This document shows, in pieces, positions 46,138-60,100 of a DNA stretch of 64,000 nucleotides (position 1 is its first letter; every line of letters begins with the position of its first letter). The notes under the pieces were generated by a model. That model made no database searches, had not been told where the DNA came from, and saw only the letters and a list, made by a program, of their open reading frames with translations. The stretch lies in IMG/VR virus record IMGVR_UViG_3300020037_002148, positions 1 to 64,000 of that record. One strand, given 5' to 3'. The position numbers were made by a program, and so were the translations under genes. The stretch comes from a virus (taxonomy: Duplodnaviria; Caudoviricetes).

Positions 46138-48164
46138 TCTTTTTCTAATTTATTTATAAAATTGTTAACTTCTTCTAATCTTTTTTGTTGTAAAATTTTA
46201 TTTACATTTTCAATAATTTTCTTAGTTTGGTATGGAACATCATCATCTGCTTCAAGTTCAAAGTTACTAAAATTTAATGATATAGCTAACTCGTTGTGGT
46301 GGTGTGATAAATCATCTACAATAGAAGCAAGATTTGGTTGAACAGTAGTTACATTACTTAAAGAAGGATATTTAGTATAACTAACTCCAAGTAATTCAGA
46401 CTTTTTATCCTTATTTACTTTTTCGGAAGCATCCCAAACACTGCCACTATATACATCTGTGTTAGCAGCCCATAATATATCATTAGATTGTGGATATAGT
46501 TTAAACTTAATCTTACCACCACCACCTTCTAAATGTCCTATTTGTTTATCAATAGGTTTAGTATATGCAGATATTGCAAATTTACCACCAGCTTTTTCAT
46601 TATCTTCTATATGAGATAATAAATTTTGCATCATAAGATTTACATCAAAATTAGAATAAGCTCCTACAACAGAACTAAACTCTTGACCTCTTGAATATAT
46701 TTCTTCAGGATTATATTGAATGTTATTTACTCTTTTCCATTCTTCTATAATTTCTTTAGATTGTTCATATTCTTTGTTTTTTTCTATGAAGCCTTCTACA
46801 CCTGCTTTATTTATATAATTATCAGATAAATTAGAATTCCATAAAGTAAGAATATCATCATCCAACATTATTCTATTAGTATCTTCAATATACCATTTTC
46901 CAGCTTTTTTATTATAAGTAGTATTGTCAAACTCATCAACAAATTTATTTACAGGTATTTCACTTGCTTTTTCTACTTTTTTTCTTATATTTAAACTAAC
47001 ATTATCTAAATCAACATCTTCAACACTTTTAGTTAATTGACCAATGTGTTTACTTGCTTCTTGATAAGTTTTAAATGTTTGATTATCAGGAGTGGTATAT
47101 TCTACTTCATATCCAGGTAATATAAGTTTACTATTAGAATAGGCTAATAAATCAGCTAAATCATTAATAGTCATATTATCAGGTAATTTATCTATTTCTA
47201 CTTCTTTTTGAAATAAAATATCTTTCATAAAAGATTTTATTTCTTTTAATAATCTTTTAAGTAAAGATATTAGTTTACCATCTTTAACAGCATCAAGTTT
47301 TTCAGCAGTCATCATTCCTAGGAGTTCTACAATGGCTTCTTCTTGTTGTTCTTCTAAAGTATATTCTGTTTTATTAGGATTTTCTTTTTGATATTTTTTA
47401 GCCTTTTGTTCATCATTAAATGTTTTACCATCTATTTTATACACATATTCTTGTACCCCAAAAACATCATCTTCTAAAGTAATTTCTTTTAGATTTTCTT
47501 TATATTGATAATCCCTCTTAACCCTATCTAATACTTCTTTACCTTTACCATATTCAAGTTCTTTGAGTAGGTTTTGGTATAATTCAGCTTTAGGGTTAGT
47601 TTGAATAGTTTTATCATATCTGTATATAATAGTTCCATCAGGAGCATCATAAGCTGCTAAATATCTTATTCCATTTTTTTCTATAACTTGATTTTTCTCA
47701 ATAATTTTATCAGCATCTTTTTCAGTAAGATTTTCTTCTATTTGAAACTTACTACCATTTTTAATAGCTCTAATAATAGGATGTCCTAATATTTCATGTA
47801 TTGGAGTGTCTAATGTTGCATAAGCTAAATTAATATAAGCTACATTATTTTCAATTTTACCTTTATAATCTTTACTTCTATCAGATTCTATTTTATAAGG
47901 AATACCTATTCTATCAGACATTCTAGCTGCTAAATCTCTAATAGTTTTTTCTGAAGCTATTTGTCCTTCATTGGATTGAGTTTGTTTTTGAAAAGAAGTA
48001 TTTCTACCTATTTGATTTTCCATCCATAATTTAGAAGGAAATTCATCCAATCTATTATTACTTTCTTGCCATAGAGATACTATACCACCTATATATTCAG
48101 GTGTTTTACTAAACTCTTTAGCCCAATCTTGTATTTGTTGATTACTTATATTTGTACAATGCAT
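46131..48164 (-). CDS. Virion/cargo protein with a zincin-like metallopeptidase motif
   Basis: HEILGH (47781-47798) and downstream EEAIVE. Confidence 0.7.
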   Translation of the reverse strand: MHCTNISNQQIQDWAKEFSKTPEYIGGIVSLWQESNNRLDEFPSKLWMENQIGRNTSFQKQTQSNEGQIASEKTIRDLAARMSDRIGIPYKIESDRSKDYKGKIENNVAYINLAYATLDTPIHEILGHPIIRAIKNGSKFQIEENLTEKDADKIIEKNQVIEKNGIRYLAAYDAPDGTIIYRYDKTIQTNPKAELYQNLLKELEYGKGKEVLDRVKRDYQYKENLKEITLEDDVFGVQEYVYKIDGKTFNDEQKAKKYQKENPNKTEYTLEEQQEEAIVELLGMMTAEKLDAVKDGKLISLLKRLLKEIKSFMKDILFQKEVEIDKLPDNMTINDLADLLAYSNSKLILPGYEVEYTTPDNQTFKTYQEASKHIGQLTKSVEDVDLDNVSLNIRKKVEKASEIPVNKFVDEFDNTTYNKKAGKWYIEDTNRIMLDDDILTLWNSNLSDNYINKAGVEGFIEKNKEYEQSKEIIEEWKRVNNIQYNPEEIYSRGQEFSSVVGAYSNFDVNLMMQNLLSHIEDNEKAGGKFAISAYTKPIDKQIGHLEGGGGKIKFKLYPQSNDILWAANTDVYSGSVWDASEKVNKDKKSELLGVSYTKYPSLSNVTTVQPNLASIVDDLSHHHNELAISLNFSNFELEADDDVPYQTKKIIENVNKILQQKRLEEVNNFINKLEKEC

Positions 48165-48165
48165 A

Positions 48166-51100
48166 TTATGATTTTAATGAATAACATTTTTTGGTTTTAT
48201 CTTCTATTTCTTGTTTACTTTTCCCTGCTTTAACCATAAAGTTATTAGCAACTCTTTCTAATTCCTCAATAGTTCTATTTTTAGTGCCTTCTAAAGTTAC
48301 TTTAGTTATTGCTGAATATTGATTAATTAAATTAATAAAATTTAATCTTACTTCAGTTTCATCTTTAGCTTTTTCCTTAGTTTTATTAAACATATTCATT
48401 TTCACTTTCTCTGTTTGTTCAGGTGAAAGTACCATGTCTAATTGATCTTTAATACTATTAGTTAAAGAAGATATTTCACCACTACCTAATATAATATGTT
48501 GATTATATAATGCTTTAGTTCCTTCAATATAACCATTTTCAAATTGATTAGCAATAGCTTTAGCTATATTTACTAATCTTTCTCTACCATTTTTATATGT
48601 TTTTAATTTAGCATCATTATTAATAATCTCATAAATAGTATTATTAAATAAATCACCATAATAAATATCACCTTTTAAAGATTCTTTACTTGAGTTACTA
48701 AGTTCTAGCACTTTACCTTCAGGTGATATTTGAAAATTAATCCAACTACCATCAACTTGAATACTATCTTGTACAGCAGTTAATTTTAAAGGTATTCTAG
48801 CACTATTTTTACCAGATAAATAAGTTATTATAGGAAATCCTATTTTACTATAAGGAATAATTTTATCACCTGATTTATATGTTTTAGCTATTTTTTTAAA
48901 TATAACTATTTCATCTCTTAAAATAAATTTTTTATTTTCTTTTTTAATTTGAGATTTTTGTTCAGGTTTCATTCCTTTAGTAATTCTTGCAAATTGATTT
49001 ACTACTAAAGTGTTATTTTTACTATCAAAGAATATAGGGTAATTATCTTCCAATACTAACTCCTCTTTTTCATTAGTATCACTTTCATTATCATTTACAA
49101 AATCCTCACTTTCAATTTTATTATCTTTAATCCATTTTTCATCAATTACTTTTCTTAGAACATCAATCTTTTGAGATTTTAAATCAAAGTAATTATTTTG
49201 ATTTAATCCAAATTTAATTATAAAGTCTAAATTCAATTCTTCTTTAGACATTCCAAAAGTTTCTATATATTCTTTACTGGAACTCATTTTACTGAATAAT
49301 TCTTGAACTTTATCTAAAGCATTTGAAGTTTCAGTAAATAATATAGGATCAATAGCTTTTATAAAAGATTGATTTTGAAACATTAAACCATCTTTAACTA
49401 CAAGATATTTAAACATATCCTTAGCAAATTTAGTTTTAAGAGTATTAATTCTTCTAATTTCAGGATCTCTTTCTAAGATATTATTATTTTCTGCAAAATA
49501 TAAATCATTAAAACTCGAAATTATACTTGAAATAATATCTGGATTTTTTAAAGCTCTTGAATTAGCTCCAAAACCATGAAATCTATAACCAAATAAAGTA
49601 TTTTTATTTGCTTGTTTTTTAAGATAATCAATATTTTTTATTTCAAGAAATTCTAAGAAATCATTTTTAATTCCATTTTTATAATTATATTCAATTATTT
49701 GTAAGAAATTAGTTTGTAATTCATTATTCTCTTTAGTGTTATCTTTAGCAATTTCTTCTAAAGGAGTTAATAAAAATTCTTCAATTTTAGGAAGTTTATC
49801 ATCAGTATTTTTAACACTTTCAGCATAAGCCATCACTGTTAAATATGATAAATAATGTTTTCTTAAATTACTTTGAAAATCAACATTACCTGCTTTATAA
49901 TCTTTAAATAAAGTAAGTATATCTTCTCTTGTTTTTTTAGCTGTTGGAGTTTGAGATATAAAATACTTTTCACTTAACTTAGTTAAAGCTAAAGCTGTTT
50001 TAATAGATTGTTTTAAGAATTTATCTTTTTCAAAAATATCACCAACACCATTTCCAATTATCTTAGTAGTATCTTTATAATTTTTATAAAATTTATCAGT
50101 AGGTTTATCATTTTTTACAATATCTAAACCATTTTCACTAACACTCCATCCTAAATTATTTAAAGCTGTAATAAACTTTTCAGATTCTGCAAATGTGCTT
50201 TTAAAACCTTTAATTAATTGTAATAAATTTTGCAGATTACTAAATACAGTAGATGCTTTTTTATAATGGAAATATTCATTAGAGATTCTTTTTAAAATAG
50301 CTTTTTGATTACTTACAGGTTTTTCTTCTTGAGAAAATAAATCTTTTTGTTCTTGATAGTCACCAAATCTTTCTTTAAATTGTTGTTCATTAGAAATATC
50401 TTGACCACTTTCATTTCTAAAAGTCCATCCTTTAGGAGCTAATATTAGTGTAGGTAAATTTAATTTAAATCCTGCTTTAGCTCCTGCTTCATCTAAACCT
50501 GTTTGTCCTCCAGTTCTAATTCTTTCTATTGGATTTTCTAAATCAGGTGAACTTAAAACAGCTTGTAATAATTCATATACATAATCATCTAATTGCTCTT
50601 GAGTATATTTACCTTTCATAGTATATATACCATTACCAGCAATGTTTAAAGTCTTAGCTTTAGTTTCATTTAATTGTTCTACAATATTATCAACTATTTC
50701 TGGAGTTACTTCTAAAGAGTCTTTAATATCAATAGGAATATATTTTTTACTTTGTCCTTCAACAGAAGATTTAGTTAATCTTTCACCAGCACTTGTAAAA
50801 TCTACTGCAATAGCTATTGTAGCATCAGCAGAAGCGTTTTTAATAGTTCTTTGTTTATAACCTGTAGATTGTTCTTCTAAAAAAGTAATTCCTTTAGAAA
50901 ATTCTTCTTTAATTACTTCTTTATTTTTCAAAGAATCCAATAAAGTTTGATAATTTAAATCTCCTTCAAATTCAGATTCACCTTCTAATTGAAATATACT
51001 TTCTACTTTCTTCTGTAATTCTCTATTTCCTTTACTATCATCATAATCTTGTTTAGATTGAATAGTTTTATTATATGATTGAGATAATTCAGAAATCTTT

Positions 51101-54100
51101 TTAACAATTGGAGATTTCATTAATAACATTACATTATTAAAATTATGACCTACACCAATCATAGCTAAAGCTACAGGAAGTGTTTCAGTAGTTAAATTAA
51201 ACAGATTAGCCATTTGCTCTTTAGCATTATCAGTCATTGCTGCTAATAATGTAGCTATACTATCTTGAACTCTTTGAGCATCTTTTTCATCTACTAATTT
51301 ATTATTTTCATCTCTTGAATAATTAACAAAAGGTTCTAAATTAATCTTTTCACCTACTTTTCTTTCAATAGTTACTTTATTTTTAAATAATATTCCAAAG
51401 AGATTATTAAACAAAGCTACTGGTCCAATATTAGCAGCTCCTGTTGAAATAGATATGTCAGCAAGAGTTTTAGAAAGCATATCATGTACTCCATATCCTA
51501 AATCTTTATTAATTAATCCTTCTCCTTCAAGAGTTTCAATTAAATCTTTAAATAATTTAAGACTTGTAGGTGTATTAGTTATTTTATTATTACCATCATT
51601 ATTAATTAGCTTTCTTTCTAATTCTAATAACATATTATTAGTTTCTCCTTTTGTTAAAGGTTCTATACTATCTATATTACCAGATTGATAAGCAATATAA
51701 TTACTTTCAATTACATCTTTATTTTTATAAGTCCATTCTCCTTTATTGAATATAATTTTATTAATAATGAAAGATTGTTCTAATAAAGTTAATTCTAAAG
51801 ATTTAATTTCATCAATGATACCTAATAATTCAGAAGTAGCTGGTTTTACTAATTGTTCTCTAGTAAATACATTTGGTATTTCTTTAACTTTTCTTAAACT
51901 ATTTTCAGCAATAGTTTTTTCTCTGGTTAATTCAATTAATTCTTTACTATTAGTTTTTAAATCATTAAATGTAGAAGATATTTTTTTATTATCATAAGCA
52001 TCAGATAAATATTCATTATATGCTTGTTCTTTAGCTTCTTCCAAAGTTGATTGAAATAAATAACTACCATATATTCCTGTTTTTTTATTTAAAACATTTG
52101 TATAAGTTTGATTTACTCTTACATATAAAGCATCAATATCAAAGTCAGCTCCAGATAATTCAACAATTTCATTTGGTAACATAATTGCATTACCATAACT
52201 ATCAGGTAGTATATCTACTATTTTACAATTAATCATAGAGTGTTTATCTTCTGTTGGAATTCTGACTCCAGATATATATAAAAATTCTTGAGGTATTTCA
52301 CCTTTGTGAAATTGATCTGCTGTAAATCCAAATTTCTTTAAGAATCTTTCACTTACTACAATTTCAGAATAATATTCATGTTTTTCTTTATCATAAACAT
52401 CATGTCTTAATCTTTGAGAAACAATATTAGCTCCTCTTGGTCTATTATCTCCTTTAGATTGTCTAGTAGTGAATGTTTTAATTACATTACCTTCATTATC
52501 AATTTCTCTCTCTAATTCACTACCAACACTTGACATTAAAGATAATTTAGAACCAGCAACTTTTTGTTTAAGTGTACCACCACTAACAAAAGAAAGGAAC
52601 ATTGATTGAAATTTAGTTTCAATTGCAGGATTATTTAAATTGTATTTAGGTTTGCTACTATTTCCTTGTTGAAATAATTCTAGTTGTTGAGGATCAGCAG
52701 ATGATTTTTCAATTGAATCTATAAAACTTTTTAAAAGTAAATCCCATTCAGCATCTCCATTTTCATCTAACATCTCTTTTTTAAGAGCTTTAAATCCTTT
52801 ATCAGTTCTTTCAGCTAATTGTTTTTCATAAACATTTAATGCAGTACCAATATTTATTTCTTTATTTTTAAAATAAATTAAAGTTTCATTTATTTGTTCA
52901 GTAGAAATTAATCTTAAAAATTGAGTAGGATGTGTTATTTGTTTTTTAACTCCATCAGTTTTTTGTTGATCAATTAAACTTGCATTTGGTACAGAAATTG
53001 ATGAAATAACTTTTTTACCATTTTCATTTTTATATAAAAAAGGTTGCCCATTACTAATTTCATGTATATTGTATTTACTTCTTTTCCAAGCACTATCATA
53101 TACTGCAATAGCATTATTTAATTCCAGTTCATTTAATAAATTATGTTTATATTCTTTACCAGGGATAGCTTCAAATAAATTCTGATATTTTTTAGTTAAA
53201 TAAGTAATATAAGCATTATCAGAAGGTGATGCTTGTAATTTCAAATCAAATAGTTCTTTATGTATTAGAAGAGCTTCTTTAAGATTTTCTTTTGAATAAT
53301 TTTTTAATCTTGAAGTTGTTTCTCTTAAAATTGGAGAAATTGAAGTTTTTAAATACCAATCTAAACCAAAACCTTGTGTTTTATTAGGTTGGTGTTGTGC
53401 ATTATTATCATAGAGGTAATCATAATCTTCTTTAGTTATTTTTTGTAATTCACCTTCACTATTTATATAATAATTTAAGCCACTATCAATTCCTTGATAT
53501 ATTTCTTTAATTCTATTATCAATTGATTTAGAATTTAGAATAACTGATAAATGATGAAAAGGAGTATTGAATGTTTGAGCATCTGTAGTATCAATTTTAT
53601 TTACTACTTCAGATCTAATAGGGATTATATTTGTAACTCCACTACCATAATTAGAACCACTACCAATCATACCTTTAGCTCTTTTTACAAAGTCATTAGC
53701 GTTTTTACTAGATGTAGCATTGTCTCCATACATTAAAGAATTAATACCATAAGACATTAAATAGTCATTTAAAAAAGCATTTTTTAAAGCATTTTTATCT
53801 AATTGATTTCCAGAAATAAAAGATTTTGGTAATAAGTTAACTTCACCCTCTTTAAGAAGACCTTTATCTTCTAATAATTTAATATATTCGTCAACTTGAA
53901 AATCAATAAAATTAGATAATCTTTGTTTAATTTCTTCTTCAGAAAGATCTTTTTCATTTAATTTAGTATTTTTATTAGCAAAGTTAAATAACTTTAATCC
54001 TTTTGGTATTAAACTATTTAAATTAATTTCTTTTTTTATTGTAGAACCATCCTCTTGTTTTTCATTATAATATAATTCTTCTTTAGATAGGTTTACAACA

Positions 54101-57100
54101 TTATTATTATTATCAATGTCTAAATAGAAATAAGTTCCATCACTATGTGTAAATATTTTAACTGATTTATTACCATTAGTGCCTTCTACACCAATATTTT
54201 GTAACATATAATGAAATCCTTCATTATATCCATCTTTCTTAAAACCTAAATAATATTCATCTATTTCACTTTGAACAATTTTAATTCTCTCTACTTCTTG
54301 ATTATATATAGAATATAAGGAATTCAATCCTTTTTCATTAATTTTACCTTTTTCAATAAAATTATTAAAAGGTAATAATACCATTGGTATAGTAGATGCA
54401 CTTTCATATTGAGAAGCTATATAATAAGCATATTTTTGTTTACCTACAACTTTTAAATTATATTTATTATAAGCACTATCAGCTAAAAGACTTAATCTAT
54501 ATAATATTTTAGCAGTAGTATCAGCATTATTATAACTTTTACCATCACTATCAGAAAATAATCCATAATTTTTAGAAGATACATCTACATCTTCACTATC
54601 TTCATACTCAGTTACATTAGTTTCTTCTTGTCTAATACCTCCAGCATAAGCCATAGTTAAAGTGGTAAATAAAGTATCAATATCTACATTATTAAATAGA
54701 GGATTATGATCTAACACTTGTAAAAAATTATCTACTTGATATTCTTCTGTAAAGAAACTATATAAATAATATGTACCATTTTCTTCATTATTTAATACTT
54801 TATCTTTAAATGTTTTAACATCTTTTGTTTCAAGATATTCTTTAATTAATTGAACATTATCTTTATCTTTTAATATATTTAATCTTCTTGAAATATCAGA
54901 AGGTGGTGTAATATCAAATATTCTTTTACCTTCTTGATTATTAAATGAAGATGGAATTATACTTGTATCAAATAAAGCTGTACTTTCAGCTACATCCATT
55001 AATTTACCAACAGCTCCTAATAAAGGTTCTGCTTTTTGAGTGGCAGGGTCTATATCATTATATATAGTGTTAGTTCCAAAACTAATACCTGTAGTTAATG
55101 TTTTTTCAATACCATCTAAAAATTCTAAATTAATAGGTTTTATATCACTTGCTGAAAAATTATTATACCAATTTATTTCTTCATTTGTAAGTAAATTAGT
55201 ATTTCCTGTTTCAAATACAAAGTTTATTAGATTGTATTTAATAAATTGTTCAGGTAATTCAATACCTAAATCAGAAAATGAACTTTTGAAAGTATTCACT
55301 AAAGCAATTACAGCTTCACTTTTTTCTTGTGATTTAAGTGATTTTGTATTTTCTAATAAATCTACATATTTTTGTAAAATATTATCTATATTACTTTTAT
55401 ATAAATTTGCTTTAAAATCAATTTTAGCTTGTTCTAAATTGTCAATTCTTTTAGAATTCCAATTTCTTTCCCATCTACTAAATACTTGTTTACCAACATT
55501 TCTATTATTAGCATTTAACATTCTGGTTACACCTTCTTTAGAAAATAATACATCTTGTAAATAAGTTCTATTTTTTTCAAAATCAGAAGATATAAAACTA
55601 AATGTAGGTGATTTAGTTAATATTTTATAATATAAAGGACTTAATATTTCATATAATTTAGCAAAATCTTCAACATTAATTTCAGGTAATTCAAAACTAT
55701 TATTTTTCTTTAATTCACTATAAATATCTTTATACCATTGATGTGTAAATGCTTTAATTTCAGGAGAAGTATTAGAAACAGAATATAATAATCCTAAATG
55801 TTTATAAGCTGGAGCACCAACTAACATTTTTGTTAAATTAGAATATAAATGATTTCCGTTAATAGCAAAACTATAATTTTTACTTTTATCATTAACTATA
55901 TAATCATCAAATGGTTTTCCAATGCCAAATAAATCAATATTTGTACTCACTGAGGAAATATATTGCTTTACTTTTTTAGATGCTTTATCCCAAGCATGAT
56001 TAATTTCATTTTTACTTTTTTGAACAATTCCTGTATCATTTAATTCATCATCTTCTAAATCATCACTATCATCTAATTGTTCTTGTAAAATAGAAGATTC
56101 ATTTACAAGATTATATAAAGGAAGTCTTTCAAAAACTTCTTGAACTACTATTTCTTGATTTTTTAAATTTCCTAAACTTTTATATACATTTAAATATTTT
56201 GAAGCTGTCTTATTTGCTAAATCATCATCTTTAATAGAATCAATTAAATCAGCAATAACTTCATTATTAGGGTTAAATCTCTCTCTAAATAAATCATAAA
56301 TATCACTAATTTCATCATCAGTAATAATTTTTGATCCTTTATTTTTTAATATTTTAGCAGCTTCATTTGTAATTGTGTTAATGATAGCTTCAGATATTGA
56401 ATAACTTAAATATCCTTTTTTATCTATATATTTACCATTAGTTAATTTAAGTTTATATTCTTGTACTAAAAGTTTATTTACATCAATAGAATTATTGACA
56501 TTTCTAATTACAGGAAATTTCTCTTTAGCATTTTTAAATTTACCTTGATAAATATCTGAGAATAATTGTGTTACAGCTCTTTCATTAGATGTATTATTTT
56601 TATCAAATATCCCTTTTAATAAATTCTTTATTCTTTCAAAGATTCTTCTTAACCATGATTGTGTTACAGATTTTTCAGCTTTCATATACTCCATAAAAGC
56701 ATCTGCCATTTTTTCTTCTAGCCAAAGATTTTTTAATTCTTGTTGAGATAAATTAATTAAATCAGAAGATGATTCTTTTAAGGTTTGTAATTGTTCTTTA
56801 GTTGGTGTGCCATATAAAGATTCAGCACCATTAAGAGTTTTAATAATTCTACCTCTATCAAGCATTAATCTAAATACAGCATGAAAAGCTTCATGATATT
56901 CAAAACCTTTTACAGATTTACCATTTTTAGTAGCAAGATATATAGTTTTTAATTTACCTATAAATCTACCACCTACTTCACCTTTAGTTTTAAGGTTTCC
57001 GAGTATATCAATTAAATCAGTAACTTCAATAGTTCCATTAGGATTATCTTGAGTTTTAATAGGGAGTATTTGAGATAGATTTTTGATTGCAGTATTATAC

Positions 57101-60100
57101 TCAATTAAATCTTGGGTAGATAATTCTAATAATTTATTAGCACCTTCTGTTTCAGCTTCATTTTGAGCATTTGTAACAATTTGTACAAATTCTTCTAAAC
57201 TCAATCCTTTTTCACTAATTTTAGATCTACGATAAACTCTTGAAAGTAAATCTTCTTCTTTTGGTAATTGTTCAAAATTAACACCTAATTCTTCTAATTT
57301 ATCTATATTTGGAGTTTGTTTAACTTCTATTTTAGGTTCTAAAGCAGCTAATTCTGCATCATATTTAGCGTTGATTTTATCTATTTCAGGTTTTAAAAGT
57401 TTTGATAACTCTTCTTTAGAATAACCACCTCTTTCTATAATCCTATTAAGTGTTTGACCTCCTCCCCCAATTTCAGGATTGTTTCCACTGTCATTAGAGT
57501 AAGCTAATTCCATTAACTCTCTTGAAACATATTCATCTACCCCTAAAACTTTTACACTATTTTTAGATGTCTGTTTTTCACTTGTTCCAAACTTTTTTAA
57601 AGCTTCTTGTCTTCTTCTTTTTATATCAGCTTCAATAAGTTGCTTATGAGTTTTGTTTTCAGGATTATCTAATTTTTTACCTTCAAAATAAACATTATCA
57701 CCCTTAACTTCATAATTTGTATTACCTACTTTTCCTTGTGGTAAATCTGCATTTAAGTTTAATTCTATTTCAGATTGAGTAGTAGATGTAGGTTGTTCTT
57801 CTAATGCTTTTAGTTCTGCAGAAGGAGTAGGAGAACTTTCAACTACTTGTATTATTGTTTTAGCTTCTTCTTGAGCTTCTAATTTAACAGTATTTTCATT
57901 AAATAAATCTTCCTGTTCTTTATTTTGTATTTGTTCTTTAGCTTTTTGCTGTTGATTTATTTCTTCTTGTTGTTTTTCATTTCTAAGTCTTATATTTTCT
58001 CTAGTAGAAGTAATTTCTTTTACTTGTGTTCTATCAGGTCTTAAATATAAATTATATCCTAACTTCTTTTTAGTTACAAGATTTTCTAAAGATTGTTGAT
58101 TATTTTTATTTAATAATACATTAGTATAGAATCCGTTTATTGTAGCATTTACGTTAGTTGCTTTTCTAAGTTTACCTAATACTGAATATTGGCTATCTTT
58201 TAAAATTAAAGAAGCAATTTCTTCATTTAATTTATTTTCATTTAAGACTTCATGTCTAAATTTTTTAATTTCTTCAATTTTTTGACCTAAAGTAATTTCT
58301 CCTTTTTCAAATCTTTTATTAATTGGGTCTAATTCTTCTTTACCTTTAGCAAAAGATTTAAAGAAGTTTTGACCATCAAAATAAATTGAAGAAGCTATAG
58401 TAGTTTTCTTCCCATTAATCTCTAATTCAAATGATAATTGCCCTATTTTATCAGAATAAGTAGATATGAAAGGAGTTACTTTAACTTTTTCTGTTTTATT
58501 TAATCCTGTTACAGATAAGAATAAATCAAAATTTTTAATATCTTCTTTAGGGTCTAATTCTTTTTTAGTTTTATCTTTATATTCTTCATAATAAGAACTC
58601 AAACCTTCACTCATAATTTGAAGTGCTGGTAATAATGCTTTTTCATTATTTAAAAAGTTAACTATAAATTCTTCATTATTATCTAATCCTTTTAATTTAG
58701 AAATAGTTTCATTTGAAGTGAAAATAGGTTGAATATATCCATTAGAATTAAATACTAATAAAGAAAATAAACTCCCTTTAGTGCTTATAGCGTTTTCTTT
58801 TTTATATGATACTAAATTTTGGATAGCTTTTCTTTCTTCACTATTTTCTTTATCATCTCTATCTCTCCATAATACAGTACCATCTTCATTTCTTTCTAAT
58901 TTACCATTAATAATATTTACAAAATATAATTTTGAAAATCCCTGACCATCTCCAGTAGATTTACCAAAAATAACTATATTTTTATCTTCACCATTTACTT
59001 TAATAGTTTTAGTAGCAGCTTTAGTTAATACATTATCTGGATCATCAAGAGTGTCTTCTATTCTAGTTTCTATTATATTTCCATCTTTATCTTTATTATC
59101 AGTAAAATTCATCTCTATTTGAGATGAAAAAGAATTAAGATTAATCTGACCATTTGTTAAATTATTAAAATCTTCAAATGATATATCACCTCTTTGAGTG
59201 ATAGTATTCAATTTATTAGAAAAACTATTTAATTCTGTTAAATATTGACCTAACACTTTTCTATCTTCAATAGTAGAAATTAAATCTGAAGGAAATAACA
59301 TTCCTAATACAATCTCTAAATAACCATCTTCTTTTAATTTACTAAAATCAATTGGACTCCATTTATCATTTATTTTAAGATAAATTTGATTTGGCATTTG
59401 GAATCCACCAATAAGTTCTCCATCTACTTTCATTTGAAAGTTAAATGGTTTATTATTACCTCTTACACCACTTAATGAAATTACATTTTGATTATCTTTT
59501 TCTTTTAAATCTGCTACAGCTTGTTCAATAGATTTAGGATTTTCTAAATCTGTTAAAGTAAAAGTAATTCTTTTTCTAAGATCTTTTTCATTTGGATTAT
59601 TAGCAATTGAAGCTAGTTTATTTTCTTGTTGTTCATTATTAAATAAACTAAATAATTCATTTATATTAGAGAAATATGGTTTTTTACCATCTTCTTTCTT
59701 TTGTTTTTCAGCTTCTTTTTTAGTTTGTTGTAATTCTATAATTCTTTCTTTTGCTTTAGCAATTAAAGTATTCACATTAACTTTCAATGTATCATTAACA
59801 GTTTCTTTATATTGTTTTAAATGAGCTACTAAAGCATCAAGTGTATCTAAATCATCTTCTTGATTGATTATTGTACTTACTTTTGAAATATATTCTTTCT
59901 GAGCTTTTACTTGCTCACTATCATCTTCTTTAACTTGTAAATCAACATTATTTTCAATTTCTTTTTCTGTATCTTTATCTATTTCAAGTCCTTGATTATG
60001 TAAAAATGTTTTAGCTTTTTCTTTTAAAAATTTTATTGTAGCAGCTCTTTCATTTCTTTTAACTTCTTTATCGAATTTCTCTCTACCATTTTTAGTATTG

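Noticed and set aside
6937-57000. Short antisense ORFs in the track (6937, 8676, 10567, 16229, 22822, 28561, 34251, 44714, 50642, 51455, 51746, 53551, 55040)
   Set aside because: Each lies opposite a longer motif-bearing gene or intron (44714 is an out-of-frame overlap on the same strand) and shows no recognisable domain; they are shadow ORFs.
57300-57830. AELKALE / KYDAELAALE repeat-like segments in the RNAP polyprotein
   Set aside because: Short low-complexity helical linkers; not enough to define a repeat family from this sequence alone.
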